DNA from: a virus
Taxonomy: Duplodnaviria; Caudoviricetes
IMG/VR virus record: IMGVR_UViG_3300033074_000614
Span: 9,679-73,678 of that record
Reading direction: 5' to 3' (one strand)
Length of the DNA stretch: 64,000 nucleotides
Shown: positions 1 through 9,727 of the stretch, piece after piece
Position numbering within the stretch: the stretch's first letter is position 1
Layout: each line of letters begins with the position of its first letter
Translations under genes and position numbers: made by a program
The notes under the pieces: generated by a model
The model's input: the letters and a program-made list of their open reading frames with translations, nothing else
Database searches by the model: none
Told to the model about the DNA's origin: nothing

Positions 1-354
1 GTCGATCGCGGCGTACTGCGCAGAGCGGTAGGCGATGGTCCTAGCAACGGCAAACGGCGTTGGGGCGGGATCACGGACGAAAAGAAGCGGCAGTACATTC
101 AGGCTCTTGACGTTGCGCTGCGGTTATCACTTGAGAAGAGCGATCAGCGCGGGGTCAATGGGTGTGTAAAGACGCTGGCGATGTTGGAGGGGCAGAATCA
201 GGGCGATGAGCATTTAGAAATACGAATCAAGTCTGAAGCCAAGAACACCGACCGCGACATTATCCGTACCGCACAAGTCGCACTTTCACCCGAACAATCC
301 GACGCGCTCGCAAAGGTTGTCGATGAACTCAGCGGGAAGTTAGGCGATGCGTGA
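1..354 (+). CDS. 5'-truncated ORF in the terminase small subunit position (module A)
   Basis: Frame 1 is open from base 1 to TGA at 352-354, which overlaps the terL GTG (GTGA). Positional call only; it does not resemble the module B terS. Confidence 0.5.
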   Translation, partial: VDRGVLRRAVGDGPSNGKRRWGGITDEKKRQYIQALDVALRLSLEKSDQRGVNGCVKTLAMLEGQNQGDEHLEIRIKSEAKNTDRDIIRTAQVALSPEQSDALAKVVDELSGKLGDA

Positions 355-1814
355 TACTCACACCCGATCAAACTCTCAGGCTGGCGACCGCGCAACTGCC
401 TCACACGATGGCGGAACACTCGACGCGCGGACAGTGGAAGCCCTACCCGTATCTCAAGATGGTTTCTCGCATGATCGCGCGGGCAGTTGCCACTGGTGGA
501 GGACGTTTGATATTCAGCCTGCCACCGCGTACCGGCAAGTCTGAATTGCTCACCCGCCACGTTCCCGCATGGTATCTCGAAAAATACCCGCACCTGAAAG
601 TTATCAACTCTGCCCACAGCGTTGAACTCGCACGCTCACACGGGCGCGCCGTCCGCAATATGTTCAGCGACAACCCGTACTTCACGGTGAAGCTCAGCGA
701 CGATTCGACCAGCGCGAGCCGATGGAACACCGAAGAGGGTGGCGGGATGTTCTGCGCTGGTGTCGGCACCGGCATCATGGGATTTGGCGGGCACCTGATT
801 CTGGTGGACGATCCTTACCCCGGATGGGCAGAAGCCCACAGCCTGCAATACCGCAACAGGGTTCTCAATTGGTTTACGAACGATCTAATGAGCCGCCGCG
901 AACCGGGGGCAACGGTGGTCATTCTGCACCAGCGGATGCACGTAGACGACCTGACGGGCGTTCTAATGCGGGAACAGCCCGAAATCTGGACACACGTATC
1001 CATCCCGGCCATTGCCGAGGAAGGCGATCCATTGGGGCGCGCCGTTGGCGAGGCCATTTGCCCCGATCGGTACACCGTTGACGACCTGAACGCGATCCGC
1101 CGCACCCAAATCGGCGGGGATAGCGGTTGGCTCGCAATGTACCAGCAGCGACCCACACGAATCGGCAGCGGGCTGGCGTACAAGCGGTTTACTGACCGGC
1201 ACATTGACGAGGCGGTTGCGTACAACCCGAACCGGCCACTACAGGTATCTTTCGACTTCAATATCAGCCCCGGCATGTATTGCGAACTCGGCCAGTACGA
1301 TGAACACACCGATCAATTCACGGTTGTGGAAGAGGTGTATGGCGAACGCGCAGACATGATCGAATGTCTCGACAAACTCACCCCGATATTGCTGGCCCAC
1401 AAGTGGCCGGAGATTCAGATATTCGGCGATGCCACGGGCGGGACTCAGCATTCGACTCAGACAGGCCGGACCAACTACGAAATGATCCGCAACCATCTAA
1501 GCCGCGTGGGGATTCACGCCGCTATGTTCCGCGTGCCTCAATCAAACCCGTATGTGATTGAGCGCGTGTCGATCGTGAATGACGCACTTGCCGATTTGGG
1601 TGGGGTCCACCACACCAGAATACACCCGCGATGCACGCGACTCATTCGGGATATGACCGAACTGAAAACCGATGAGCACGGTCACCCGGACAAGTCGAAC
1701 AAAGAACTTTCGCACGCGGCGGACGCCTTCGGCTATCGCGTGTGTTACCAGCGGCCAATCGGCGGGCCAATGATTCAGCAGGTCGGCACGGTACTATTTG
1801 GAAGGGAATATTAA
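351..1814 (+). CDS. terL: Terminase large subunit (module A)
   Basis: Walker A PPRTGKS, Walker B LILVDDP, nuclease motifs SFDFN and HAADAFGY; lies upstream of the portal. Confidence 0.95.
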   Translation: MILTPDQTLRLATAQLPHTMAEHSTRGQWKPYPYLKMVSRMIARAVATGGGRLIFSLPPRTGKSELLTRHVPAWYLEKYPHLKVINSAHSVELARSHGRAVRNMFSDNPYFTVKLSDDSTSASRWNTEEGGGMFCAGVGTGIMGFGGHLILVDDPYPGWAEAHSLQYRNRVLNWFTNDLMSRREPGATVVILHQRMHVDDLTGVLMREQPEIWTHVSIPAIAEEGDPLGRAVGEAICPDRYTVDDLNAIRRTQIGGDSGWLAMYQQRPTRIGSGLAYKRFTDRHIDEAVAYNPNRPLQVSFDFNISPGMYCELGQYDEHTDQFTVVEEVYGERADMIECLDKLTPILLAHKWPEIQIFGDATGGTQHSTQTGRTNYEMIRNHLSRVGIHAAMFRVPQSNPYVIERVSIVNDALADLGGVHHTRIHPRCTRLIRDMTELKTDEHGHPDKSNKELSHAADAFGYRVCYQRPIGGPMIQQVGTVLFGREY

Positions 1815-3206
1815 ATGGGACTACTCAACTTCATTTCTCAAATCACCGGCTTTGGCGGCTCAAAGATCGTGGACACCGCAACGCTTCAGGGCGACAACGT
1901 TGTAATCAGTGGCGGCATCGAACACCACATTAACGAGATTGGCACGTTTGAGGAATACCGGCAGATGCGAACGGGGCCGACCATCGCACTGGCGCGGGCT
2001 ATCACGCACTCGGCTATCCGCTCAGCCGATTGGCTGGTTGAGTCCGACGACGATGTGCCCGAAGAGGTGATTAAAGAGTACAAGGTTTTCTTCGACGGCT
2101 TGCGTACTGAAATGCTCCGCAACATGATGTACTCGCTGGACTACGGGTTCCAAGTGATTCAGATTGTTTGGACGATTGACGACGATGGCGATGCGCAGGT
2201 CCAGCGAATCAAGCCGATCAAGCCCGATCTGGTGGCAAAGATCAATATCTTCGAGAACACCGGCAAGCTGGCGAGTATCGTGCTTGAGGGCGGCAAGGTA
2301 CTTGAGGCTACAGAGGTAGTGCTAGTCACCTACGACAGCGAGGGTAACGACCCGTTCGGGCGCTCACGCTACGAGAACATCCGCATTTACGCTTGGTTGC
2401 CGTGGAAGACAGCGGCCAAGCGCTGCGCCCAATACATGGTGAAAATGGCGGGCGTCCTGCCGATCATCAAATACCCAATGGGCGAGAACAAAACGGCTAA
2501 AGGCGAAACGCTGAACAATGCTGAAATCGCGGGCCGGATGCTCGATGGTCTGCCGCTCGGCAAGGGCATCGCAATTCCCACCGTGCTTATGAACTTCGCG
2601 GGCGATATGAAAAACAGCGGGGCGAAGATCGAAGACCTGATGGCGTGGAAGGTGGAATTTCTCGACGCGAAATCGGGGGCAGGTGCTGAAATCCTCGACG
2701 TTATGAAGCACTACGAGTCGCTCCAAATGCGCGGGCTGTTCGTTCCAGAACGCGCGGCAATTGAGGGCAGCACGGGCACCAAGGCCGAGGCCGAGGCGCA
2801 TGCAAGCGTAATGATCGACACGGCGCAGGAAGACGCTAGCGGGTTTGCAGACACGTTCAATAAGCAATTGGGCGACCGCTGGCTGGTTGAGAACTTCGGC
2901 GAAAGTATGCGGGGCAAAGTGCGGGCAAAGGCTACAGCGATTGCCGATGATCGTCGCGCGGTTCTCGAAACCATCCTGATTAACTACCTGAACAATCCGG
3001 CGAACATCGAAACGGTTGAACAGATTGTTGACTTCGACGCATTGATGGATCAGGCGGACGTGCCCAAGCGGGAGAAGGTTGTAGACGCGGCGGAACCCGT
3101 AGAGGCACCGGCAGAACTTCCCAAGCCCGATCCGGATACCGTCAAGCTCTCTCGCAATGCGAACGCACTGGCGAGGTTTATGCGTCAAATGGTGGCAGAA
3201 GTTTGA
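1815..3206 (+). CDS. Portal protein, DUF935/Mu gp29-like (A)
   Basis: 463 aa after terL; YDSEGNDPFGRSRY and GSTGTKAEAEAH motifs. Confidence 0.88.
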   Translation: MGLLNFISQITGFGGSKIVDTATLQGDNVVISGGIEHHINEIGTFEEYRQMRTGPTIALARAITHSAIRSADWLVESDDDVPEEVIKEYKVFFDGLRTEMLRNMMYSLDYGFQVIQIVWTIDDDGDAQVQRIKPIKPDLVAKINIFENTGKLASIVLEGGKVLEATEVVLVTYDSEGNDPFGRSRYENIRIYAWLPWKTAAKRCAQYMVKMAGVLPIIKYPMGENKTAKGETLNNAEIAGRMLDGLPLGKGIAIPTVLMNFAGDMKNSGAKIEDLMAWKVEFLDAKSGAGAEILDVMKHYESLQMRGLFVPERAAIEGSTGTKAEAEAHASVMIDTAQEDASGFADTFNKQLGDRWLVENFGESMRGKVRAKATAIADDRRAVLETILINYLNNPANIETVEQIVDFDALMDQADVPKREKVVDAAEPVEAPAELPKPDPDTVKLSRNANALARFMRQMVAEV

Positions 3207-4126
3207 ACCGTGCCGCCAAAAAACGAGTCATGGCGATGGACGCCGAACGCGAGGCAGTGGTAGACATTGCACAGCGGATGACGCGCCCGGTTATCGTCCA
3301 ACTTCGGCGCGGACTTATCGAGGCGTTCAAAGATGGCCGCAAGCCTGACAAGGTTTTTGCACAAGCTCGCAAGCAAATCGAGAACATCACAAACGAGGGG
3401 ATGCTCGCGGCACACGTGGCGGCTACGGCCAACACTGCGCAGATGATTGCGAAGGTGCGGGGGATCAAACTTGACCGCACAGCACTATCTCCGATGATGG
3501 ATCGACTCAAGAAAATCGCGGACCTGACCGGCAGCGACTTGAACGAAATCAGGGCGCGGTATGCGGTACGCGCGGCGGATACGAGTGACGATGCGATTGC
3601 AGCGGCTCAGGAATTGATCGGTAGCAAAGCACGCGAGATAGCGGCGAAGGGGCTTGGAACGCGCGACGGTGTATCTGCACTACGCGAGGCGATGGATTCA
3701 GCGGGATTGGGTACGCAAAACCCGCGACTATTGGAAACGGTCTACCGCACAGAGTTCTCGGTTGCTTACAACGGGGCGCGGTTACAGGCGAATGAAGCAC
3801 CGGAGTTGGATGAAATCATCGTGGCTTACCAATACGTCACGGTGGGCGATGATCGGGTGCGTCCGACTCATGCGGCGTTGGATGGTGCAACGTTCGCAAA
3901 GAATGATCCGAAGTGGAAGACGCTTGCTCCACCGAACGGCTGGAACTGCCGTTGTTCATTCATTGAAATATTAGACAACGAAGACTTTACCCCCAACCCA
4001 CCCCCAAAGTTCACCAACGATGGCGGCGTGAAGGTGCCAGTTGTGCCGGATGACGGGTTCGGATTTAACCCTTCATCAATTGGGCGGAACATATCGACCG
4101 GACTCAGTGCAAGAAACGCTCATTGA
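3203..4126 (+). CDS. Mu gpF-like head morphogenesis protein (A)
   Basis: YQYVTVGDDRVRPTHAALDG ... PPNGWNCRC signature. Confidence 0.93.
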   Translation: MNRAAKKRVMAMDAEREAVVDIAQRMTRPVIVQLRRGLIEAFKDGRKPDKVFAQARKQIENITNEGMLAAHVAATANTAQMIAKVRGIKLDRTALSPMMDRLKKIADLTGSDLNEIRARYAVRAADTSDDAIAAAQELIGSKAREIAAKGLGTRDGVSALREAMDSAGLGTQNPRLLETVYRTEFSVAYNGARLQANEAPELDEIIVAYQYVTVGDDRVRPTHAALDGATFAKNDPKWKTLAPPNGWNCRCSFIEILDNEDFTPNPPPKFTNDGGVKVPVVPDDGFGFNPSSIGRNISTGLSARNAH

Positions 4127-4371
4127 GGCTTAGTACAAAAGTCGGCGTGAATTTCAAACTTGAACCGCTCAAGGTGCCGACCGACAAAAACATCCATGCC
4201 GTTGAATTTGTCTATCGACTTCGCGCCGATCGGTATCGGATGCCCGTCCGATCGCAGGTCTTCAACGAACTCTTCCATGTTCCACACCACAAGAGAGAAC
4301 TCGCCCGGCCCCGAAGATTTCTCAAGGTCGGTACGCCATTCAATAATCGTTTTCTCTAGTCCGTGTCCCAT
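4120..4371 (-). CDS. Hypothetical antisense moron
   Basis: ATG at 4371 within ORF 4120..4488; fills a gap that is absent from module B. Confidence 0.5.
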   Translation of the reverse strand: MGHGLEKTIIEWRTDLEKSSGPGEFSLVVWNMEEFVEDLRSDGHPIPIGAKSIDKFNGMDVFVGRHLERFKFEIHADFCTKPQ

Positions 4372-4397
4372 AGATTTAACCCGGCGAATGTGGGGCG

Positions 4398-4598
4398 TTA
4401 GGAAGTTCTCTCTAGTTCCATTGACCAAATCGACATTATAAACAGAAACAGAAATTCCGTGGCAAGCACCTTGAGAACGACCGGGCACTGGCCGGGAAGT
4501 TCGACCGATGCGTCAAACCAAAGCGCATAAATAATCGTTGCAATCATCAGAACACCGCCTGCGACCATGCTCATTTTCAATAGTCTCTTTATGCTCAT
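4398..4598 (-). CDS. Small two-TM membrane protein (antisense moron)
   Basis: Two hydrophobic stretches; TATAGT sits 5 nt before the ATG, suggesting a leaderless transcript. Confidence 0.6.
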   Translation of the reverse strand: MSIKRLLKMSMVAGGVLMIATIIYALWFDASVELPGQCPVVLKVLATEFLFLFIMSIWSMELERTS

Positions 4599-4670
4599 AC
4601 ACAACTATATACCGACCAATGATTAGACAGCCAGCCTAGATTCTAAAAATCTCCCTACACACTATCTGGC

Positions 4671-5747
4671 GTGGAGAAAAACGCCAATCTTCCGCTTGTG
4701 TTCAGTTCTAGCTCGGCAGTTATCGCCATTGGCGAGGCTCGTACCGGCGAGGGCGGTCAACCCGTCCGCACATTCAAGAAGGAAATCGTACAGGCCGGAC
4801 AGTGGCGGCATCCCGCAGACGGTCAGCTAATCGACATTCCGCAGGCTCGCTTGTCACACTGGAAAGCCCAGTTTGATCGGATGGACGCCAACGGCATGAA
4901 GGTCTATGCACCTTCGGACCACACCCGCCAACCAGACGCTAATCGCGGATGGGTTACGGCGATGGAAGTGGTGGACGACAAGCTGGTAGCGACAATGGAT
5001 TTGATCGGCGAGGACGCTATCAAACTCGCAAGCCGTATCGACGTTTCAATTCAAGCCCGCGACCTGAAAGATGGCAAAGGGAACAAATACCCCGACGCTA
5101 TCGAGCATGTCGCATTGGTTGCAGACCCCGTTATCACTGGTCTGGAACCGTTCGTTATTCAGCTTTCACGGGCAAAAACCCTAGGTCTTTCAATCGGAGG
5201 CAGTGCAATGGAATCACTCAAGAAAATCGCCGCAGCTATGGGCATCGAAGCTGGCGAAATGGACGAAAACGACCTTACCGCCGCGATCATGGCTCATTGG
5301 GGAAAGTCCAAGGGCGAGAGCGACAAAATCTCTATGTCCCTGAACAGCGTTCAATCCGAGAACGCCACCCTGAAACTTTCAGCCAAGCCCGTCGAAGTCG
5401 ATCCTGACGTGCTGGAATCAGCCGCAAGTGGCGTAGAAGCCGAACTTTCGATGCTCGTTATGAGCCGCCAAATCACCCCGGCACAGAAGAAACTCTGGTC
5501 TGACCTGCTTTGCGGCACCGAGGCCAATCGCCCCGCGCTCATGCTCAGCCGCAAGGCCGCACAAGCCGCTGGATTTACCGCTCCGCAGTCCAAGCCGATC
5601 CTCGACATTCTCAAACAGGCACCTAAGCCCGATGGCTCTGGCGAAACCCTGTCACTTTCACGCGAAGGCGGCACCGATAGCGACGAACTCAGCAAAGAGG
5701 AAGTCGAGAAGATCAACGCAGACGTTAAAGCCCAACTCGGTCGGTAA
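4671..5747 (+). CDS. Mu gpI-like capsid maturation protease/scaffold (A)
   Basis: DHT..DANRGWV and IEHVALVADPVITGL motifs; internal GGAGG-N7-ATG at 5208 for an in-frame scaffold product. Confidence 0.85.
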   Translation: MEKNANLPLVFSSSSAVIAIGEARTGEGGQPVRTFKKEIVQAGQWRHPADGQLIDIPQARLSHWKAQFDRMDANGMKVYAPSDHTRQPDANRGWVTAMEVVDDKLVATMDLIGEDAIKLASRIDVSIQARDLKDGKGNKYPDAIEHVALVADPVITGLEPFVIQLSRAKTLGLSIGGSAMESLKKIAAAMGIEAGEMDENDLTAAIMAHWGKSKGESDKISMSLNSVQSENATLKLSAKPVEVDPDVLESAASGVEAELSMLVMSRQITPAQKKLWSDLLCGTEANRPALMLSRKAAQAAGFTAPQSKPILDILKQAPKPDGSGETLSLSREGGTDSDELSKEEVEKINADVKAQLGR

Positions 5748-5781
5748 TCAACAAACGCACACACCTCTTGGAGTCTGATTC

Positions 5782-6825
5782 ATGCTTAATAACGCTCCCG
5801 GCATTCCCGGAATCTCAAGTCTCGTAACGGCAGGCTCACGCGAAGTCTGGGCGGGCGATGATCGCCAGTACAAGCCCGGCGTTCACACCATCGACGGTGC
5901 GCTTTCCCGCGATACGGGCAACACCGGCAACCTCGACTTCCTCCGCGCTGGCCTGCTCATGGGCAAGGTTACTTCTGGCGGCAAATATGCCCCGTCGATC
6001 CTTGGTCTGACCGGCACAGCCTACGCATCTGGTACAACCTTGAACCTCGCACCGGCTACCGCCGTTGAATTGGTCCGCCGCGTTGGCGCAACCGGCACTT
6101 TCAAAGTGACCGGCCCACCGTCCGTCGCTGGCACAAGCCGCACCGCAACAGTCGCCTACTCGGCTGTCAATCAGGGCACCGGCGATGTGACAATCACCGC
6201 ACTTGGCGCTGATCAGGTCGAGCGCATCCGCTTCAATATCGCCTCCACTGGCGGCAATCTCCAGTTGAACGTCGCTAAGCCTGACGGCACATTCGTCACA
6301 ACCGCTAACGCCGCTTGGAACGCAACCGACGCGACCTACCTCGCTGCGATCAACTCAGCACTCGACACCGCAACCGGCGTTGTCGGCGGCATCGTCGCTA
6401 CCGCAATCTCGGCCACTGATACTGACCTTGGCATCACCCTCACCTACTCAGGCACCGGCTACGCGGGCCTCGCATGGCGCGCCGCTCAGGTTGTGGTTAT
6501 CCCCACCTCTTCCACCGAAGCCCTCTACGAACCCGTTACTACCGCAGTCCCCCGCGCCTTGGTCGCAGGCTCGCTTGTCCGCCCCACCGATGGCAGCGAA
6601 ACGGCTTTGACATTCATCGACAACGGCGATTATCCGCTCAAGGTCACAGACGTTTACAACGCAAGCATTGACGTTGACTTTGGCCCATTCCCGGTCGGCG
6701 GGTTGGTCACATGCAGCAACTTCATTCACTGGCCTGCCGACACCTCGACCCGCGCCGCTCTCCAAGCTGAATTGAACGCCGTCACTGGCGGACGTTTCCT
6801 GTTCACCGATCGTTACGACGCCTAA
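5782..6825 (+). CDS. Head decoration protein with inserted ~110-aa domain (A)
   Basis: Sits between scaffold and capsid; LRAGLLMGK..GKY ... DGSE.A ... WP core; Thr/Ala/Gly rich. Confidence 0.75.
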   Translation: MLNNAPGIPGISSLVTAGSREVWAGDDRQYKPGVHTIDGALSRDTGNTGNLDFLRAGLLMGKVTSGGKYAPSILGLTGTAYASGTTLNLAPATAVELVRRVGATGTFKVTGPPSVAGTSRTATVAYSAVNQGTGDVTITALGADQVERIRFNIASTGGNLQLNVAKPDGTFVTTANAAWNATDATYLAAINSALDTATGVVGGIVATAISATDTDLGITLTYSGTGYAGLAWRAAQVVVIPTSSTEALYEPVTTAVPRALVAGSLVRPTDGSETALTFIDNGDYPLKVTDVYNASIDVDFGPFPVGGLVTCSNFIHWPADTSTRAALQAELNAVTGGRFLFTDRYDA

Positions 6826-6876
6826 TTAGAACGCACACACGCGGCGCAGGCCGTGCAAATCTCTGGAGTCCCTCGC

Positions 6877-7962
6877 ATGACCGTCAATATGAACACGCTG
6901 ATTGGTACGCCCAAACTGATGGCAACCATCAACAGTCCCGCGATGGGATTGAAGAAAGCCTTTGATGAAAAGTTCTTCTCTCTGCGCGAAAACGCGGATA
7001 GCCAGACTTTCAAATGGGAACAGGTGCCGATTACTCAGACGACCGCTGCCGCCGTTTCCTACGGCTCGCCCGCTCGCCCAGCGCCCAAGACCGATATGAA
7101 CGAACGGGACGGGCGTTGTATCCACCTCTTTGAGTCGTTGACTCACAGCGGCCAGACACTTGTAGACCTGCAAAGCGATGTGCAAGAGACACGCGATCGC
7201 GCGGCCGGCGACTTCACTCGTCAGGCCGTCAACTTCGGTCTGCGGTTCGACAACACCGAAATCGCATCGGTGGCCTCCGTCCTCTCGCAGGGCGTGATCT
7301 ATCAGGGCGCAAACGGTCACATTCAGCTTACATCATCCGGTGCGGTTCGCACAATCAGCCTCGGTCGTCCGGCAGCCAATATGAATCAGTGCGGCGGACT
7401 TATCACCGCTTCATGGGCAACGGCTGGAACCGACATTCTCGGCAACATTCTCAGCATCCTCTCGGCAATGTCCAACGCTGGCCGTCCGTGCAAGAAGATC
7501 ATGTACGGCACGAACATCCCCGGCTACATGCGTGGCAATACCGCAATCAGCGGCATGTCCTCAAAGAGTTCGTGGCTTGCCGATCAACTCGCACAGTCAC
7601 GCCTCCCCGTTGGATTCGGCGATCCCGCCAATCAGGTCGTTTGGGAACCAATCTGGAACTCATTCTTCAAGGATGCAAGCGGCACAACCCGCACATTCTT
7701 CGATGGCGACGCTGTTCTCTTCCTGCCGGAAGTCGATAAGACTTGGTACACGATGGTTGACGGTGCGGCGATTGTCCCGACCAAGGTCGGACTCGCTGGT
7801 AACCCCGCAGAAGCCGCCGCAAGCCTCAAGAAGGTTCGCGGTAAGTTCAGCTATGCACGAATCAACGACAATCCCGTGAGCGTCGATCAATTCTTCGGTC
7901 ACTCATTCCTTCCCGTCCTGCTCGATCCTGCGGCGTTCTACACCGCTGACGTTATTCCCTAA
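6877..7962 (+). CDS. Major capsid protein, lambda gpE-like (A)
   Basis: Position, size and close paralog in B; GGAG SD before ATG 6877; followed by a terminator. Confidence 0.85.
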   Translation: MTVNMNTLIGTPKLMATINSPAMGLKKAFDEKFFSLRENADSQTFKWEQVPITQTTAAAVSYGSPARPAPKTDMNERDGRCIHLFESLTHSGQTLVDLQSDVQETRDRAAGDFTRQAVNFGLRFDNTEIASVASVLSQGVIYQGANGHIQLTSSGAVRTISLGRPAANMNQCGGLITASWATAGTDILGNILSILSAMSNAGRPCKKIMYGTNIPGYMRGNTAISGMSSKSSWLADQLAQSRLPVGFGDPANQVVWEPIWNSFFKDASGTTRTFFDGDAVLFLPEVDKTWYTMVDGAAIVPTKVGLAGNPAEAAASLKKVRGKFSYARINDNPVSVDQFFGHSFLPVLLDPAAFYTADVIP

Positions 7963-7998
7963 TTGATTCTTCCCGGCTAGGCCGGACCTTTCCTCCGT

Positions 7999-8033
7999 GC
8001 CCCGCTGGTCAAACTGGCGGGGCATTTGTTTTT
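7999..8033 (+). terminator. Rho-independent terminator after the capsid gene (A)
   Basis: GCCCCGCTGG-TCAAA-CTGGCGGGGC stem then ATTTGTTTTT; conserved in B. Confidence 0.75.
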
Positions 8034-8462
8034 ATGGGCACATACGCATCACAATCCGATTTAGAGTCCGTGTTCGGCACGGTGAATATCGCCAAGTGGT
8101 CGCAGCTTGACGCGACGACTGACAACACCACGGCGGACACCGTGAGAATTGCGGCGGCTATCGCCTATGCCGAGAGCGAAATAAACGACCGCTTTCGCAC
8201 CTCTCGCTATCAGGTTCCGCTGGTCGCCAATTCCACCATGCCGCGTTCGCTAGTCCATTGGGTTTGCGTTGGCGCTGGCCTCTGGCTCTACCGATCCAAA
8301 AACATGGATTCCTCAAGCGATCAGGCGTCTACGTACGAGTCGATGGAATTGCGGGTAAACGACGAAATCAACTCATATCTCAGCGGGCAGCGGGAACTTG
8401 ATTGTGTGAGTAAGTCCAGCGGGGGCAGCAGGATGACAGCAGCCCCAACGGTGTTTATGTGA
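8034..8462 (+). CDS. Mu gp36/DUF1320-like head-tail adaptor (A)
   Basis: MGTYASQSDL...AESEIND....RYQVPL pattern immediately after the capsid gene. Confidence 0.85.
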   Translation: MGTYASQSDLESVFGTVNIAKWSQLDATTDNTTADTVRIAAAIAYAESEINDRFRTSRYQVPLVANSTMPRSLVHWVCVGAGLWLYRSKNMDSSSDQASTYESMELRVNDEINSYLSGQRELDCVSKSSGGSRMTAAPTVFM

Positions 8463-9214
8463 TAAAGGTTCGCGTTGACATTTCCAAGGCAATCACCGTC
8501 CCGGCAGATTTGCGGGCGGCGATGGCCGCGCAGGTCAATGGCACCGCGTCCGGTCCATTCGCCGACATGTTCAACCAATGGGCGAAGGTCTATGAGGTAG
8601 AGTGTCGTCGGCATTTCGTGCAGGCTGGCGCTGGCGGCGCAGACTGGGCACCTCTCGCGGTAAGCACGATCCTCAAACGCCGCGTCAAGGGCGGGGGAAC
8701 CCGCAGGCAGGCACGCGGGGCACTTGCAACCAAGTTACGCGGCTTGAAAGAGAAGTCGGCTGTACGGGCCACTGGCGCGGTTCGTGGAGAACGCCTAAAG
8801 AAGCAACTCGCCAACAATCTCAAGGCCAATCTGCACAATGAGCGGGTAGCGTCGAAGCGATCCGCGATAAAGAAAAAGATAGCGGCACTGACCAGCGCGG
8901 CGGGCACCACAATCCTCCGCGATACCGGGGCATTGTTCAACGCTACCGCTATCGGCGGGCCGGGGAACCTGCTCCAACGTGGCCGTGCCTCAATCTCTTT
9001 CGGGTTCCAGTCGGTTCCCCACAAAGGCCGGTCTAAATCGAAACCATCGCTTGCACGAATTGCCGCTTGGCATGATGCTGGCGGCGGCAACCTCCCGCGC
9101 CGTCGAATCCTGATCGACCCAAGCGCCCAAACGATCCGCACGTTCGAGACATTGGGCCGCAGGGCCGTCGATAAGGTGCTGGCACAGACCAGCGCAAAGA
9201 ACGGGGGCCGCTGA
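8459..9214 (+). CDS. Virion morphogenesis protein, Mu gpG-like, with basic insert (A)
   Basis: WAPLA.STI ... ILRDTG.L and LPRRRIL motifs. Confidence 0.75.
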   Translation: MIKVRVDISKAITVPADLRAAMAAQVNGTASGPFADMFNQWAKVYEVECRRHFVQAGAGGADWAPLAVSTILKRRVKGGGTRRQARGALATKLRGLKEKSAVRATGAVRGERLKKQLANNLKANLHNERVASKRSAIKKKIAALTSAAGTTILRDTGALFNATAIGGPGNLLQRGRASISFGFQSVPHKGRSKSKPSLARIAAWHDAGGGNLPRRRILIDPSAQTIRTFETLGRRAVDKVLAQTSAKNGGR

Positions 9215-9717
9215 TGCCGCAAAGCGACGACAACCCGTTCAAGGTCATTGAACGCGGGCTATGGACGCTGCTCGAAGCGAACGCCCAATTCGCGGACCTT
9301 GTGAAATTGCAGAACCGAATCAAATACAGCGTAACGGCTCAGCCTAATCCCGGCGCTGATGCCCGGCTCGATAGCGAACTCCCCGAAGTGTCGCTGCGGC
9401 CAAACGGTTGCAAGTGGTCGAATCGTGGCAGCAACAGCACGGTGATCGACCAGACTTTTGCGATCGACGTTTTGACCGGCGACAAGCGCACAACGTGGTA
9501 TTACTCGGATGTGAAATGGGCGTTGATTCAGGTTGTGGTGAAATCGCTGCGAACCTTGCCCAGTTGGTCGATGCCAACCGGCTGCACATTGCTCAAAGTC
9601 TGGTACGACGGGTCAACAGACGAGCTTGAAGCGGGCGAAGGCATCCGCGACGGCTGGACCATGCTCATGAATATCACCGTTTCCTTCCACATGAATGAAA
9701 CAACGGCGGCTCCATAA
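9214..9717 (+). CDS. Putative tail terminator/completion protein (A)
   Basis: Position before the tail tube; paralog in B. Confidence 0.6.
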   Translation: MPQSDDNPFKVIERGLWTLLEANAQFADLVKLQNRIKYSVTAQPNPGADARLDSELPEVSLRPNGCKWSNRGSNSTVIDQTFAIDVLTGDKRTTWYYSDVKWALIQVVVKSLRTLPSWSMPTGCTLLKVWYDGSTDELEAGEGIRDGWTMLMNITVSFHMNETTAAP

Positions 9718-9727
9718 GGGGATTTAG

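Noticed and set aside
1815-9214. Transposable Mu-like phage
   Set aside because: The head genes are Mu-like, but no DDE transposase or MuB was found; there is a tyrosine integrase and a lambdoid-type initiator and loader.
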